Assembly: GCA_964016885.1 (NCBI GenBank)
Contig: OZ024748.1
Coordinates: 21,886,001 to 21,950,000 of the forward strand
DNA: 64,000 bases
Source of the DNA: Eledone cirrhosa
Taxonomy: Eukaryota
Reading direction: 5' to 3'
Translations under genes and position numbers: made by a program
Shown: positions 51,701 through 64,000 of the stretch, piece after piece
Numbering within the stretch: position 1 is the stretch's first letter
How the letters are laid out: each line of letters opens with the position of its first letter
Notes under the pieces: generated by a model
Database searches by the model: none
What the model was told of the DNA's origin: nothing
The model's input: only the letters and a program-made list of their open reading frames with translations

Positions 51701-54700
51701 AACTAGATGAGATGCAGTTTGGTTTTGTGCCTGGGAAAAGTACAACAGATTCCCTCTTCTTAGTGAGACAACTACAAGAGAGGTTCTTAGAGAAGAATAA
51801 GCCACTATACTTAGCTTTTGTTGACCTAGGGAAGGCCTTTGATAGGGTATCCAGATCTGTCATCTGGTGGTCCCTAAGGAAACTAAGTGTTGAGGAATGG
51901 CTTGTGAGGACAGTGCAATCTTTGTAGAGGTGCTGTCAGTAAAGTGAGGGTAGGAATTGAGTTTAATGAGGAATTCCAGATACAAGTAGGAGTACATCAG
52001 GGTTCGGTCCTCAGCCCGCTCTTGTTCATTATAGTGCTCCAAGGCATAACAGAGGAGTTTAAGACTGGCTGTCCATGGGAACTTCTCTATGCTGACGATC
52101 TGGTTCTTATAGCAGAATCGGTAGAGGAGCTAGAGAATAAATTCTGGCTATGGAAACAGCAGTTGGAATTAAGAGGAGTGAGAGTGAACCTAGCTAAGAC
52201 AAAAATGTTGCTAAGTAGAAAAGAGGACAAAATTCTGAGTCCGTTAGATTCTATAAAATGTACACAATGCAGATCTTGGGTACACAAGAGATGTAGTGGG
52301 ATAGCAGGCAAACTAACAGGTAGGGATAAATACGTATGCAGTAGATGTACAGGGAAATTTGACAGTAGAAGTTGCATTGATAGACACATTTTTCAAATGC
52401 AGGTGGGTTTTATAGAAGTGGTTGATAGCTTCCGGTACCTAGGTGATCAGATTAGCATGGGATGGGGGTGTTCCGAGGCCATAGTATCTAGAATAAGGAC
52501 GGGTTGGAAGAAGTTTAGGGAGCTGCTTCCTCTGCTGACGAAGAAGGGTTTCTCCCTGCATACGAAAGGCTGGTTATATGATGCCTGTGTGAGGTGCGCG
52601 ATGCTGCATGGTAGTGAGACATGGGCAGCAACTGCAACGGCTGGAGAGAAATGAGGCAATCATGCTACATTGGATGTGCAATGTCAATGTGCATGAACGA
52701 CCGAGTATGGATGTGTTGAGAGAGAAACTGTGTTTGAGAGGGATAAATTGTAGTGTGCGGGAGAGGAGCCTGCAGTGGTATGGACATGTGATGCGCATGG
52801 AGGATGACTGATGGGTGAAGAAGTGCCAAGAAATGCCAGTTGAAGGAAGACGTAGTAGAGGAAGACCACGAAAAACATGGGCGGAGGTGGTGAGAACAGA
52901 CCTTAGATCGCTGAAGCTCACGGTGGAGATGACGAAGGACCGTGACAAGTGGAGAGATGCTGTGCTGAATAGGACTCGTCCCACCCTTGCAAGCAGGGAA
53001 AAGCGGACGTATGATGATGATGATGATATGACAAGGTGTATACATTATAAATGACAAATAAACTCACGTAATGAACTCCCAGGAGACGTTTAGTAATATG
53101 ATAAAAAACACCCCTGAGGTAAAAGGCTGTTAGATGGAATCTGTGACAGAACAGGATACACTGTTTCATAACTGGGAGCATTTGTAGTAGGAACTGTTTG
53201 GTGTTGGGTGACAAACAGCTTAAACTGGAATCTGGTTTCATTAAGTCTTTCTGGAATTTGTCAAGGAATCTTTGAAATATGTAGGGACTCCACACATGAA
53301 GCATGATCATTAGCAATCTCCTCTGAAAACAACAAATAATTAAATAAAAAATTGTAAATAAATATTTTTTGTTTGTTTATGTTCAGAGTTTGTGTTCAGA
53401 GTTTATGTGTGAGAGTCAATTTGATCTGAAATGGTTTATAAAAAGATGATGGTGTTGATAACAAGGATTATAATGACATTGATGATGATGAATGTCAATT
53501 GTAAAAGAAGTAAGATAGATCACCATAGCTGAGATTGGAAGCTGGCGTGTATTGTCCACCTGAATTATATTCACATATTCCTCACCAAGTGTCTGGAAAC
53601 CTGAATCAAGAAACAAGCTGGGTAAATGAAAGTAGAAAGATGTGGAAGTATGTGTATTTAGATAATTAGTGGAGAATGAATAAGAATAAAGATCAAAATT
53701 ATAAGGCTGCTGTGTTGGAGATAGAATGGAGACACTATATGCCTGAGAGAACTCTTCACTCTCGCCTAGCATGTGGTAACCTCTCAGTGTTGGTGCCATC
53801 ATAAAATGCACACAGTCCACCCTGTAAAATGGTAGTGCTGGTTCAATATAGGTTCTAAGAGAACTCTTCACTCTGGCCTAGTATATGATAACATCTTTAC
53901 TGCTGGTGCCATGAAAGAACGTACTCAGTATACTCTGTATAGTGTTAGTGCTGGTGTTACACAAAAACACGTTCTGTAAGGTTTTTGGCATTAATTAGGA
54001 AGGACATCTAGCTGTAGAAACCATGCCCTATTTTTTTACTATATGAGCAACATAAGTTTACTCTGACCTGCCTGGTCTTGGACTATGATAACCCATGCCA
54101 GTATGGAATGCAAACATAAAAATGATGATGATGATAGCAATAGACTCACCAGCAGCTGTTGTCAGTAAAAAGTAGCCAAAATCTGCAAAAACTTCCAGTT
54201 CTTTGCGAAAGTGAATCCATGGTTTCACACCTGTATATAATGGCAGGTCAACGAAAATGAGGACAGTTTAGAATATAAAGAAAACATCAGTTAGAGGTGT
54301 GAAGCTGGGGATTAATTACTCACCCTTTTATGATGGTATTTTTAATGAAATATGCTATTTTTTAAATTAATTAATGAAGAATCTGAAGGGATTGCTAAGA
54401 TTATTAAGATGTTAGTATTTGTAACATAACTTAACAAAAGGTTCTTAAATTAAATTATGTTGGAAGATTTATAGTTAAATAGGATCTCATTAAAATGTGT
54501 GGTTTTTGTTTCATAAAACCATGAGTAGTTTGGTGTGGGTTGGTTTAAAAAGGGTTAAGCCAGCCATTTAGGTCCATAAGCAGAATCTAAACTATAATGA
54601 AGTAAGGAGTGCGGGACTGCATACGGTTTATTTCTTTTAATCCAGTTAATAAAATAGGTTGGATTACTTTGAATAAATAATGGAATATTACATAATTTAT

Positions 54701-55185
54701 CTACTAAATTTCGTAGCTGTTGATTAAATATATTTTATTGCTTATTTAAAGATTCACTTCTTTAAAATTTTCAAATGTCAACACTTCCAGTTAGCGATCA
54801 CTTAAATAAACATTCATATATTTCTGTCACTAATTTTCTCCTAATGCAGTTTATATATAATATCGTCTTTTTTTAATGTGTCATGGATTATGTTACTGAT
54901 TACATAAGAGAGTGTAACACAGTCTTCCTTCAATTTTTGTGTATATTGTCAATTACGATTTTATTTGATGTATCAATATACACACTACACATGTTAGCAG
55001 AAAACCACCCAAAGGGTGGTTTTTCTGCTAGTGTTGTATAATGAAGGCTCACAGAATTAGTTAATGCTATACATACCAACAATACTTTGAAAAGTTTCTG
55101 ACAGAGCAGATCTGATATAGGACATATAATAGTCATCCTTCTGGTTTGAACGGAGGATTTCTGCTTGTCCTGCAGTGCGAAACAT
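47050..55185 (-). CDS. PEX10: Peroxisome biogenesis factor 10 (RING E3 ligase), 293 aa; coding exons 55185-55077, 54230-54150, 53600-53524, 53322-53068, 48679-48528, 47742-47607, 47121-47050
   Basis: [20 protein letters not shown]...|[27 protein letters not shown]|[15 protein letters not shown]...|...[26 protein letters not shown]|...FRLLGYL...|[32 protein letters not shown]|SECPLCRE... QTLGEEY motif and C3HC4 RING. All junctions are GT-AG with matching phases, total 882 nt, AATAAA at 47019-47024. Confidence 0.96.
49790..53027 (+). mobile_element. Near full-length but disrupted RTE-clade LINE (AP endonuclease + RT), antisense in a PEX10 intron
   Basis: APE motifs [28 protein letters not shown]; RT motifs [23 protein letters not shown]. 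Several stops and frameshifts; (GAT)n tail. Confidence 0.95.
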
Positions 55186-55361
55186 TGTCAGCCTAGGAAA
55201 TATAGAAATTCAAAGATATTTTCTTCTGTAAATTATAGAGTTTTTCATTTGGAGAGCTTTTTGTTGTTGTCTAATCAAACTGGATTATCAAGAACATTCC
55301 AATAGTGACCATCCTATCTTTCTTTTAGTATATGTCCAATACGGCCTTCACACACACACAT

Positions 55362-56190
55362 CTATGTAGAAACAGTAGACAGCTTCTGCTACCTAGGTGA
55401 CCGAATTAGCAGTGGAGGTGGGTGTTCTGAAAGTATAGTAACCAGGGTAAGAACGGGATGGAAGATATTCAGGGGCCTACTACCACTGCTAGCTGCAATA
55501 GGCTTTTCCCTCAAAATGAAAGGCAGACTGTATAATGCATGCATACGAACAGCAATGTTACATGGTAGTAAGACCTGGGTGCTGTGTGTAGAAGACTTGC
55601 GTAGATTAGAAAGAAACGAAGCTTGCCGCTCCGATGGATGTGTAATAGTAATATACGCCAACGGCAAAGCATAAACAAATAGAGAGAGAGACTGAGCACA
55701 AGAGGAATCAAATGCTGTGTGCAGGAGAGGAGGTTGCGTTGTTATGGACATGTGATGCGTATGAAGGATGACAGCTGCATAAAAAGGTACAGAGCACCAA
55801 AAGTCGAAGGTAGCTTTGGAGTGGGGAGACCTGGAATGAGGTAATAAAAGCTGACCTTGCCGAATTGTACCTCTCAAAGGCAATGACACAGGACCGCGAC
55901 CTCTGGTGTTACTTCCCACGGGTACAAGCCGAAGCTGAAGCATATAGACAATATGCCCCCACCCCTCCCACTGCAAAGTGGCCGTGGAGGTGTCACGACA
56001 AAAAAGCATCCAGTCTACACTGTAAATGAGGTTGGTGTTAGGAAGGGCATCCAACCGTAGAAATCAAGCCCAAATCAGTTCCTGCATGAGCAAGACATGG
56101 TCACCCGACCTGGCATTGCCCACAACAGGACAACCCGTCTAACCCATGCTAGCGTGGAAGAATGGACGTAAAACGGTGATGATGATGATG
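55362..56190 (+). mobile_element. RTE LINE 3' fragment, same family as 34432-36264
   Basis: Colinear nucleotide similarity to 35360-36264, with a (GAT)n tail. Confidence 0.9.
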
Positions 56191-56610
56191 TATATATATA
56201 TATATAGTAATAATAATTGTTTCTACTTTTGGCACAAGGCCAGCAATTACCCAGTGCATTACTGGTACTTTATTTCATAGTAATAATAATTGTTTCTACT
56301 TTTGGCATAAGGCCAGCAATTATTCCAGTGGTACTTTACTGGTACTTTATTTTATCGACCCCGTAAGGATGAGAGGCAAAGTTAACCTTGGTGGGATTTG
56401 AACTCAGAATGGAAAGGGCCGTAACTCTACTATTTTATAGTAATAATTGTTTCTACGTTAGGCACAAGGCCAGCAAATACCCAGTGCATTACTGGTACTT
56501 TATTTTATCGACCCCGTAATAATAATAATAAATGTGAAGACTAAAATCCGAAGAGGGCTCGATAAGGATAATATATATCAAAATATATATAAAACCATAG
56601 AGCAAATATA

Positions 56611-56652
<42 letters not shown>

Positions 56653-57532
56653 CATATATAGCGAGAGTTGTACCAAGGGAGTTAACTTATACTCGACTAA
56701 CAGTTAAAGGGAGTTCATAAAATCGAACGCCACTGCGAAACAGTTTTAACCGAATAATAGTAATATGTTTAGAAAATTATTTAAAGATATATTTGGGTTG
56801 TATGTATGCATGCACACATACATACACACACATATGTATATACACATACATACATCCATACAACGACTAGAGAAATGTAATTGCAGCTAAGTCCTGATTG
56901 ACTTATGACAAATTACCACCCATAATCAACGATCAATCATATCGATTCAAATATTTGACTGGTATTTTATTTTATCAACTTCACAAGGATGAAAAGTAAA
57001 CTCGACCTCGGCGGGATTTGAACTTAGAACGTCCCCTTCGATGCTCTAAAGAGATTGCTTAAATAATTATAATTGTTTATAATCTAGATACAAGGTCAGA
57101 TTTTTGGTGGGAGGGGAAGAGTCGGTTATATTGATTCTAGTATTTGTCTATTTCTTATTTCATCGATAACGGAAGGTATATAGTTTAAATACAACGCAGG
57201 TCGACTTTGTACTTCAAGCAAATCAAACGACTATATTGAGACATCCTCGGCGATTTGATATTAAATTATCGACAGAAAATAGACACCACGGCCCAAATCT
57301 TCATCAAATCATACTGTCTTAACAGAGCAACAACATATGGGATAATGTGATCCTGGATGCATTATTAAGTCTAAATATAAGAGGGGATGGTCACACCGGA
57401 ACATCTTTTGATCATAAATTTGCTCACTTTATATTGACTTGGGAGATAAACAACCCTTCCTCTCTTCATCGTGTAAGAGAATCACATTTAGTCCAATAAA
57501 AGTTGAAAACCAAGAAATACGATCGAACTTAC

Positions 57533-57640
57533 TTTGTTATGAGACTGGGAAAGCAAGTCGGTGTTTAAAACAAAGCGGTGTTAGACAAACTATAGTTCCT
57601 TCAGAAATTTACGTATATCTACGCACACCGACTGTTGGAC
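57533..57640 (-). other. Candidate non-coding first exon/promoter of PEX10
   Basis: The PEX10 ATG exon has an acceptor 7 nt upstream of the ATG (55193), so an upstream exon is required. A good donor AAA|GTAAGT lies at 57532 in CpG-containing unique sequence. Confidence 0.4.
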
Positions 57641-59139
57641 GTTGTAAAAATATGGGAATATTTGTTCAATTGATTATCTTTTTTAATTACGCAAAATAAG
57701 AAAATATTTTTAAAAGTAAAATATGATAAAATATTAATTTATTTTTCAAAGGTCATGGTAAAAGAAAAGATAATGAAGTTACGACTAAAACTCTCACTAA
57801 GTGAATGTGAGAAATCTCAGCTGTGAGATAATAAACACATACAGCAACAGTCTTCATTAGTATTCTGCGAAATGACCCTCGAATCAATGCTTATTTACTT
57901 CTCCTCCATAGCCAGAGGGGGTAGGATGGGGGAGGGTTACAGAATTGCACCCCCACCCTCCTTTCTTTTCAATGTCACACCCTCAGATATACCATAACAA
58001 ATAGTGTTTATATATATATATATATATAATCATCCTGAAATATATTCCTTTTGAAAGGTCATTCAGTACATCGGAATGGAACTCCGTCGGTTTCGACGAT
58101 GATTTGTTTCTAGTTGTTCGATTAACTCAACTAATTGTGTCTGCTTATGAAATTAACATGTAAGTGGCTGAGCATTCCATAATCACGTGTACCCTTACGA
58201 TAATTCTCAGAGATAAATATAAGCCCAGGCCAAATGTGAAATATAACACCCCCTCATCCCTAAAATTGAGAATAGAATGCTTTACGGTATTCGCCCCACC
58301 TCATTACCCGCTCAGGGTTCATATCCCACCGTCGTCAACTTTGCGTATCATCCTTTCGAGGTCGATAAAAAAGTGCCAGTCCAGTACTAGGGTCGATTCT
58401 TCCTCTATAGATAAAATCGGCTGTGTTCAGACCTGGAGAGGGTTGGGCTCCGCCAGGTTTAAAAGTGCCGTATGACGGTGCCTCTAAGACTCCACAAGGA
58501 ATTATGGGATATTTTTATTTATATGTGTAATATAAGCACCCAGCACCACATCAGTCAAACGGCTTATTAAGTATTTTCGTAATCAATGCTAAATACAAAT
58601 GATTTTCGTATGAATTACGGGTATATACGGGCAGGTGTAGTGTATTTACAAATGTTTACAAGTTATAGAACAGAATATAAAAACCAGATCGATTCATTAA
58701 AACGTAACCGCCAGCAATTTTAATACAATTCTTCACAAAAACAATAAAAAAGATAGTACTGTAATAAAGAACACAAGATAAGGTAATTTTTTTTAAATTT
58801 AATTTTACATTTTAAGGTGCTTTTGTTGTAATATCTCAAAACGTAAATTTTATTCACAGTTGTATAAATTTTATTCACAGTTATATTTATATACATAAAT
58901 AACATTACAAATGCGTAAATAGTATTATAGATTGTTCGCAATTCTTTCAGAAGAACATTACAAATATAATGTTGTGGGTAAACACAAATATAAATGCATA
59001 AAAGAGAGAAAGAAAAAAAAAAAAAAAGTGGGGGTGGAAGCAAAAACAAAAACGACCATCAATTCCCTACCAAGTGCGACAATCGGCCGCACATCACATC
59101 ATAAGGGTTAACGAAACACTTTGTGGCAAGTCAATACGC

Positions 59140-59260
59140 TCGCAACATTGTTACGGGTAATGGCGAGGATAAGGCGCTGAGAAAACCAAATATCCTCACG
59201 GGCATCACCTGACACTTCAAAAATGTTGCTGTCAGCGACCCAACCCCACCAAAAAATGAT
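59140..59260 (-). mobile_element. CRE-like 3'-end fragment (further copies about 490-590 -, 22290-22390 -, 60260-60372 +)
   Basis: FGGVGSLT...EVSGDAREDIWFSQRLILAITRNNVASVL, homologous to 1300-1480. Confidence 0.6.
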
Positions 59261-62200
59261 TACTGGATTAGTCTTAAGAATTTCAGCTTAGAAATAATAG
59301 CCATCACTTTTCCACATTCAGAAATGGTTTCTGTCCATTTTTATGAATCGCTTCCCCTTTAAATGTATATGAGGAATAAGAACTTTTGTCTGCTATATCT
59401 GAAATTATTAGTCGAATTAAACTTTTCCCAACCATCTTTGTTGCTTCACTTACAAACAAAAGACACTTCTCAAATTTGGAGTAACTTTACTCGATAAAGT
59501 GTGAGCTGGGAGATCAGAGAGTCACTCCAGGTAGAGCCGCTACTTCTCCGAATTGAGATATCGCAGCTACGATACTATAGGCATGTGGTTAGAATGCCTT
59601 GCGAAAGAATCGCTGAACAGGTTTTACGAGCAAAACCAACCGGCAAGATGGTGGGATAACATCCATAAGCTTGGCTGGTCACGCTTGGGGATCCAGCCGT
59701 ATCAGTTGGAGACGGTTGCTTCTGACAGGACCCGCTGGAAGGAGTGTTTGAGGACTCTGTTCCCACGACCCTTTCAGGAATATGTGGGCGAAGAAGAAGA
59801 CATTTAGACATAGTTCAATCATTCTTAAGAAGCACAACGACCGTCGTTGGCTCACATTTCTATCAAGAAAGAGACACTCATCGAGTTAGAACGATAAAAA
59901 GAATTTATACAATATATATGGTGGGGAGGGGGTTTATTATAAAACCAAGGAGCCTTGAATTTGTTTAAATGAAGTATTTAGAGCAAACGGGGATATTAAG
60001 CCCCAGGGATTATTGAGCTTCATCACAAATGCATTATATTTATAATGTAGTGTGGTGGAGCTTAATACCCCCGTTTACCCTATTTCTTATAAAAAAATAT
60101 GTATTCTTACTTTTTCCTATTACAGAGTCCGCCCCATGTAAATACATTGCTCATTCTATTATAGGAAAACCTTTTAAATGAATTTTCTATAAAAATAAAT
60201 TGCAAAATTAAAGAAAGAAACCATGTGCCTATCTTCCTTTTATCCTCACATCACTAAATGTTGGCTGCTCACCTTACCGAGGTGTCAGGTGATGCCCGTG
60301 AGGCTGCCTAGTTGTTTCAGCGCCCTCGCCTCGTCACCGACCGCGGTATTACTGCGAGCAGGTTGGCTTGCCGCAAAATTTTCCGTTGACCCTTATAGTG
60401 TGGTGTGCGGCTGATTGTCGTACTTGGTAGTGAATCAATGGTCGTTTTTTTTTTCTTTTTGTCTCGCTTTGACCATATACTTTTGTGCAGTACATTTGTG
60501 AGTTTCCTAGCAATAATTAATTGTATTTATTATTTGTGTTTATATTTTCATTCTATAAGAATTATAAACAATTTATAATGTTTATAAAAGCAAACTAAAT
60601 GATTATACTTATAGTTCGCCGTAGTTTTGTTTATTAAGTGTAAATAAACTAACTATAAGTGGCATAACTACAGTTTAGTGCCCCACCCCACTCTGAGTTA
60701 ATTTTGGTAACTTGTTTTATTATCACAATTGTCTCGGAGGGTGGTGGATTGGCAGTATCAGTAGAACGTCAGACAACATTCTTCATCGCCCTTTACGTTC
60801 CGAGTTCAAATCCCGCTGAGGTTAGTTTTGCTTTTCATTCTTACGGGGTCGATACAATCAACTTTTCCCTGTCCCAACATTGCTGGCCTTGTACCTAAAG
60901 TAGAAACAATTATTACACTCGTCTCCGAGTTTGGATTGGCAGTAGAATGTCGGACAACAGGCTTCACGGCCCTTTACGTTCAAATCCCGTTGAGGTTAGC
61001 TTTGCTTTTTGTCCTTACGGGGTCGATATAATAAAGCACCAGTAACGTACTGGGGTCAATTTAATCGACTTTCCCCTCCCTAAAATTGTTGGCCTGGTGC
61101 GTAAATCTAAAACCATTATTACACTCGTCTCCGAGACGGGTATTATGGAGTTCCTCGGTGGGGTAACCATAAAAAGTCTAATTTACGACGGTTTTCAAAG
61201 CCATATTCGTTCAAAACACATACCAATATTATTGTAAATACATAAATTTCAACTTCAAAGTTCTAACCAAATATATCAACTAATTATTCTTTAAAAAAAC
61301 TTATATTATTACACTGGTCTCGAAGATGGGCGTAATAATAAAAATTTAACTTTTGTTTTCTCACGTTTTTAGTAACGCATATTTTTTAATTTTGCAGATA
61401 CATTTTTGAATGTGTAGATAATGATTATGTTGATGAAATTAATTTTATTCTACTGGATAAAATAGTGTGAGACGATTGCAGATGGAAGTAGTGTATCATA
61501 ATGTCGAGTTATCCTGACCTGTCAACTCTCCCTGTCCGACGGGGAGATCTCCCACCCACTATGGAGTGGGTGAGAGATGTCTTCTCTTGCGAAAATGGGT
61601 ATAGCTTTCATTATGTAAAATCTCCCTATTTTGCCTCATTTCTCCCCGTTTTGGGGCATTTTTTTTCATGGTACTCCCCATTTGGGTTTTTAGAGGTTGG
61701 CAGGTCTGAGTTATTTTCAGGTCAAAAATCTTGTACAAACCCCAAATATTATTGAGGGATTTATAAAGAACACTTAAACTTAATATTTCTCGATACTAAA
61801 CCCAAATATTACTGAGAGACTTATCAGACCTCTTAAACAAATATTACCAAAACACTCACAAAATATTTTAGTGAAACTTTTGGGTTCGTACAAATCCAGG
61901 TAGGAGACTCTTGTTATAGAGTCACAATATATATTTAGCAGCGGTTCATTTGTCCACCTCTTTCATGTGCTTTTGTTGTATGTAGTCCTAGATGTGTGTA
62001 TTACCTGCTTATTTTTAATGTTATTTATATATATATATTGTAAAATAATTCTGAGCAATATATAATGTTATTTATGTAGATTTAAAACAAAAACACAAGT
62101 ATAGGAAAAGGGTCAGTATCCCCCCCCCCCATACATAGAATTCTGGAGACAATTTAAAGTCATAGAAAAATAGGACGTATTCTAACAAAACTAGGTATCA

Positions 62201-63301
62201 TGTTTGCATTAAGTTAGATACTACCAAGGTTAACTTTGCCTTTCATCCTTACGGGGTCGATAAAATAAAGTACCAGTAATGCACTGGGATAATTGCTGGC
62301 CTTGTGCCCAAAGTAGAAACAATTAAGTTAGATACTACAGCACCCCTACGACTCCATCAGGTTTACATATACAAATATGGTGGTAGAAGTCCTGCCTCAG
62401 CGACAGGCACAGCTAGTTGGTCCCATTTGTATCACCAGGTAACAGTATGTTCCCACACGTCTTCCAGACAGACAGACCACAATAAACCTTGCAAACAGTT
62501 CTTCCAATTCCTACAGCTTAATGGAATCTTTTTTTCACGTGAATAAATAAATAAATAAAGCAAGAACATTTTATATGTCAATTGGGACATTTCCACACAA
62601 ATAATGATGATTTCAACAGCCTCTATCACTATTAGATTGACGAACAGCATGATGGGAAGGCCAGAAAAAGTCACCATAAAGCTATAAATAACAAGTTATC
62701 CGCCAAAACATTATATTCACCAGTTTCACCCTAATGTTAAAGCGGTGAATTCACAGCATTTCTTTTTCTTCTATCATAATTTGGCCAATTAAAAAAAAAG
62801 AGAACAAAAAGAATAACAAAATTAGAGGAAAAAGTTGAGGAGGGCACTCCCTAAATTATATCTGACCGTCCCCACTTACCTTGATATTAGATTATATGTA
62901 ATTTCCAATTAAACTTTGGCTCGACAACATTCCGATCTCCTCTTCCCTCCTCATGCTGTGCCTAGCGCATCTTGACGATTTGACACCAGTTTAGAATTGC
63001 AGGGGTAATTTTAGGCGTGCTTATGTTTCGATGACCTTTCACACGAAATCAAAAAGGTCAAAGTTACTTTTTTGTTTTGTGAATTATGGTCTGAATTAAA
63101 GTGATGATACTGAGAGTTTAGCATGGTAGAATTAAGAGTAAGTAGTATGTCCTCTCTCCACCACCACAGCCAACCATCGGCGACACTTCAATTTCACATA
63201 CAACCATACATTGTCTCCAAAGAAATTCTGTTGATTTTGTGCAATTCTTTATCTTTTAGAGTATTTTGTAGCTTAACTCTAGATTGTGTGTATGTCTCTA
63301 T

Positions 63302-63585
63302 CTAAGGCGGGTAAAATTCCCGAGATCCATGGACGAGTTCTCTCCAGCGGTCTCTGTCCCTCATTATCGCTGCCATGTCCTGCGTCTCCAACAGACCAGT
63401 GTCTGTCCTTAGGGCATCAACATACGTTAACCTTGGTCTTCCTCTTCTAGTGTGTCCATGTAGGGGCTCCCAAAGGAGCACTGAGTGCAATGTCAACTCT
63501 GGATGTCGGTGAGCATGTCCAGCTAACCCCAGTCTCCTCTGTGTCACTTTTGAGCTGACTTTTGGGATGTATGGACCCATAACTC
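63302..63585 (-). mobile_element. 3' fragment of an RTE/RTEX-like LINE, frame intact
   Basis: IPKVSSKVTQRRLGLAGHAHRHPE...LLWEPLHGHTRRGRPRLTYVDALRTDTG...MRDRDRWR. Confidence 0.8.
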
Positions 63586-64000
63586 CTTGTGAATCGTAGG
63601 GGTGCCGGCGTAATAAACGGCGTGTCTTCGGCAATTTTAAAACCTGGCGGAGCCCATCAGCTCTCCAGGTCTAACCATCTTCTTCTTCTTCTTCTTCTTC
63701 TTCTTCTTCTTCTTCTTCTTCTTCTTCTTCTTCTTCTTCTTCTTCTTCTTCTTTGTGAGAGAGAGAGAGAGGAAGGATTGTCCCCAGTACTGGACTGGTA
63801 CTTTTTTAACGACCCCGAAAGGATGAAAGGCAAAGTTGACCTTAGATTTTGTACTCAGAAAGCAGAAAGTCAGAACGAATGCCGTAAAACATTCTATCTG
63901 ATGTTCCAATTCGAACTCTGGGCCCACGAGGGGGCTTGTGACTAGGTTTCTGCACGATAATGAGTGTCCTCTCATACTTTCCGGACTCATATAATTGATG

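Noticed and set aside
53416-53871. 151-aa ORF as an independent gene
   Set aside because: Only 53524-53600 is coding (the PEX10 QTLGEEY exon); the rest is intron and repeat.

Overview
Repeat-rich, AT-rich eukaryotic (animal) DNA, most likely an octopod cephalopod, judging from the mollusc-type NPF precursor, tRNA-derived SINEs, RTE LINEs and very dense microsatellites. Three spliced protein-coding genes lie on the minus strand and can be rebuilt exon by exon from GT-AG boundaries: a neuropeptide F/Y precursor (84 aa), DAD1 (113 aa, plus a non-coding third exon) and PEX10 (293 aa, 7 coding exons). Two tRNA-Thr(TGT) genes sit in a local duplication. The rest is transposon debris: CR1-like, RTE, CRE-like, R4/Dong-like and Tx1-like LINEs, SINEs, mariner, piggyBac- and hAT-type MITEs, non-autonomous Helitrons and a 40-bp minisatellite. 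The most unusual signal is a set of Penelope-type fold-back inserts, mostly in (TA)n tracts, that carry hammerhead ribozyme motifs. These include a U3-A8 core variant whose predicted cleavage site coincides with an insertion boundary, a long-stem-II hammerhead pair in DAD1 intron 1, and a ~30-bp tandem array of hammerhead-core-like motifs. All calls were made by eye; no database search or folding program was run.
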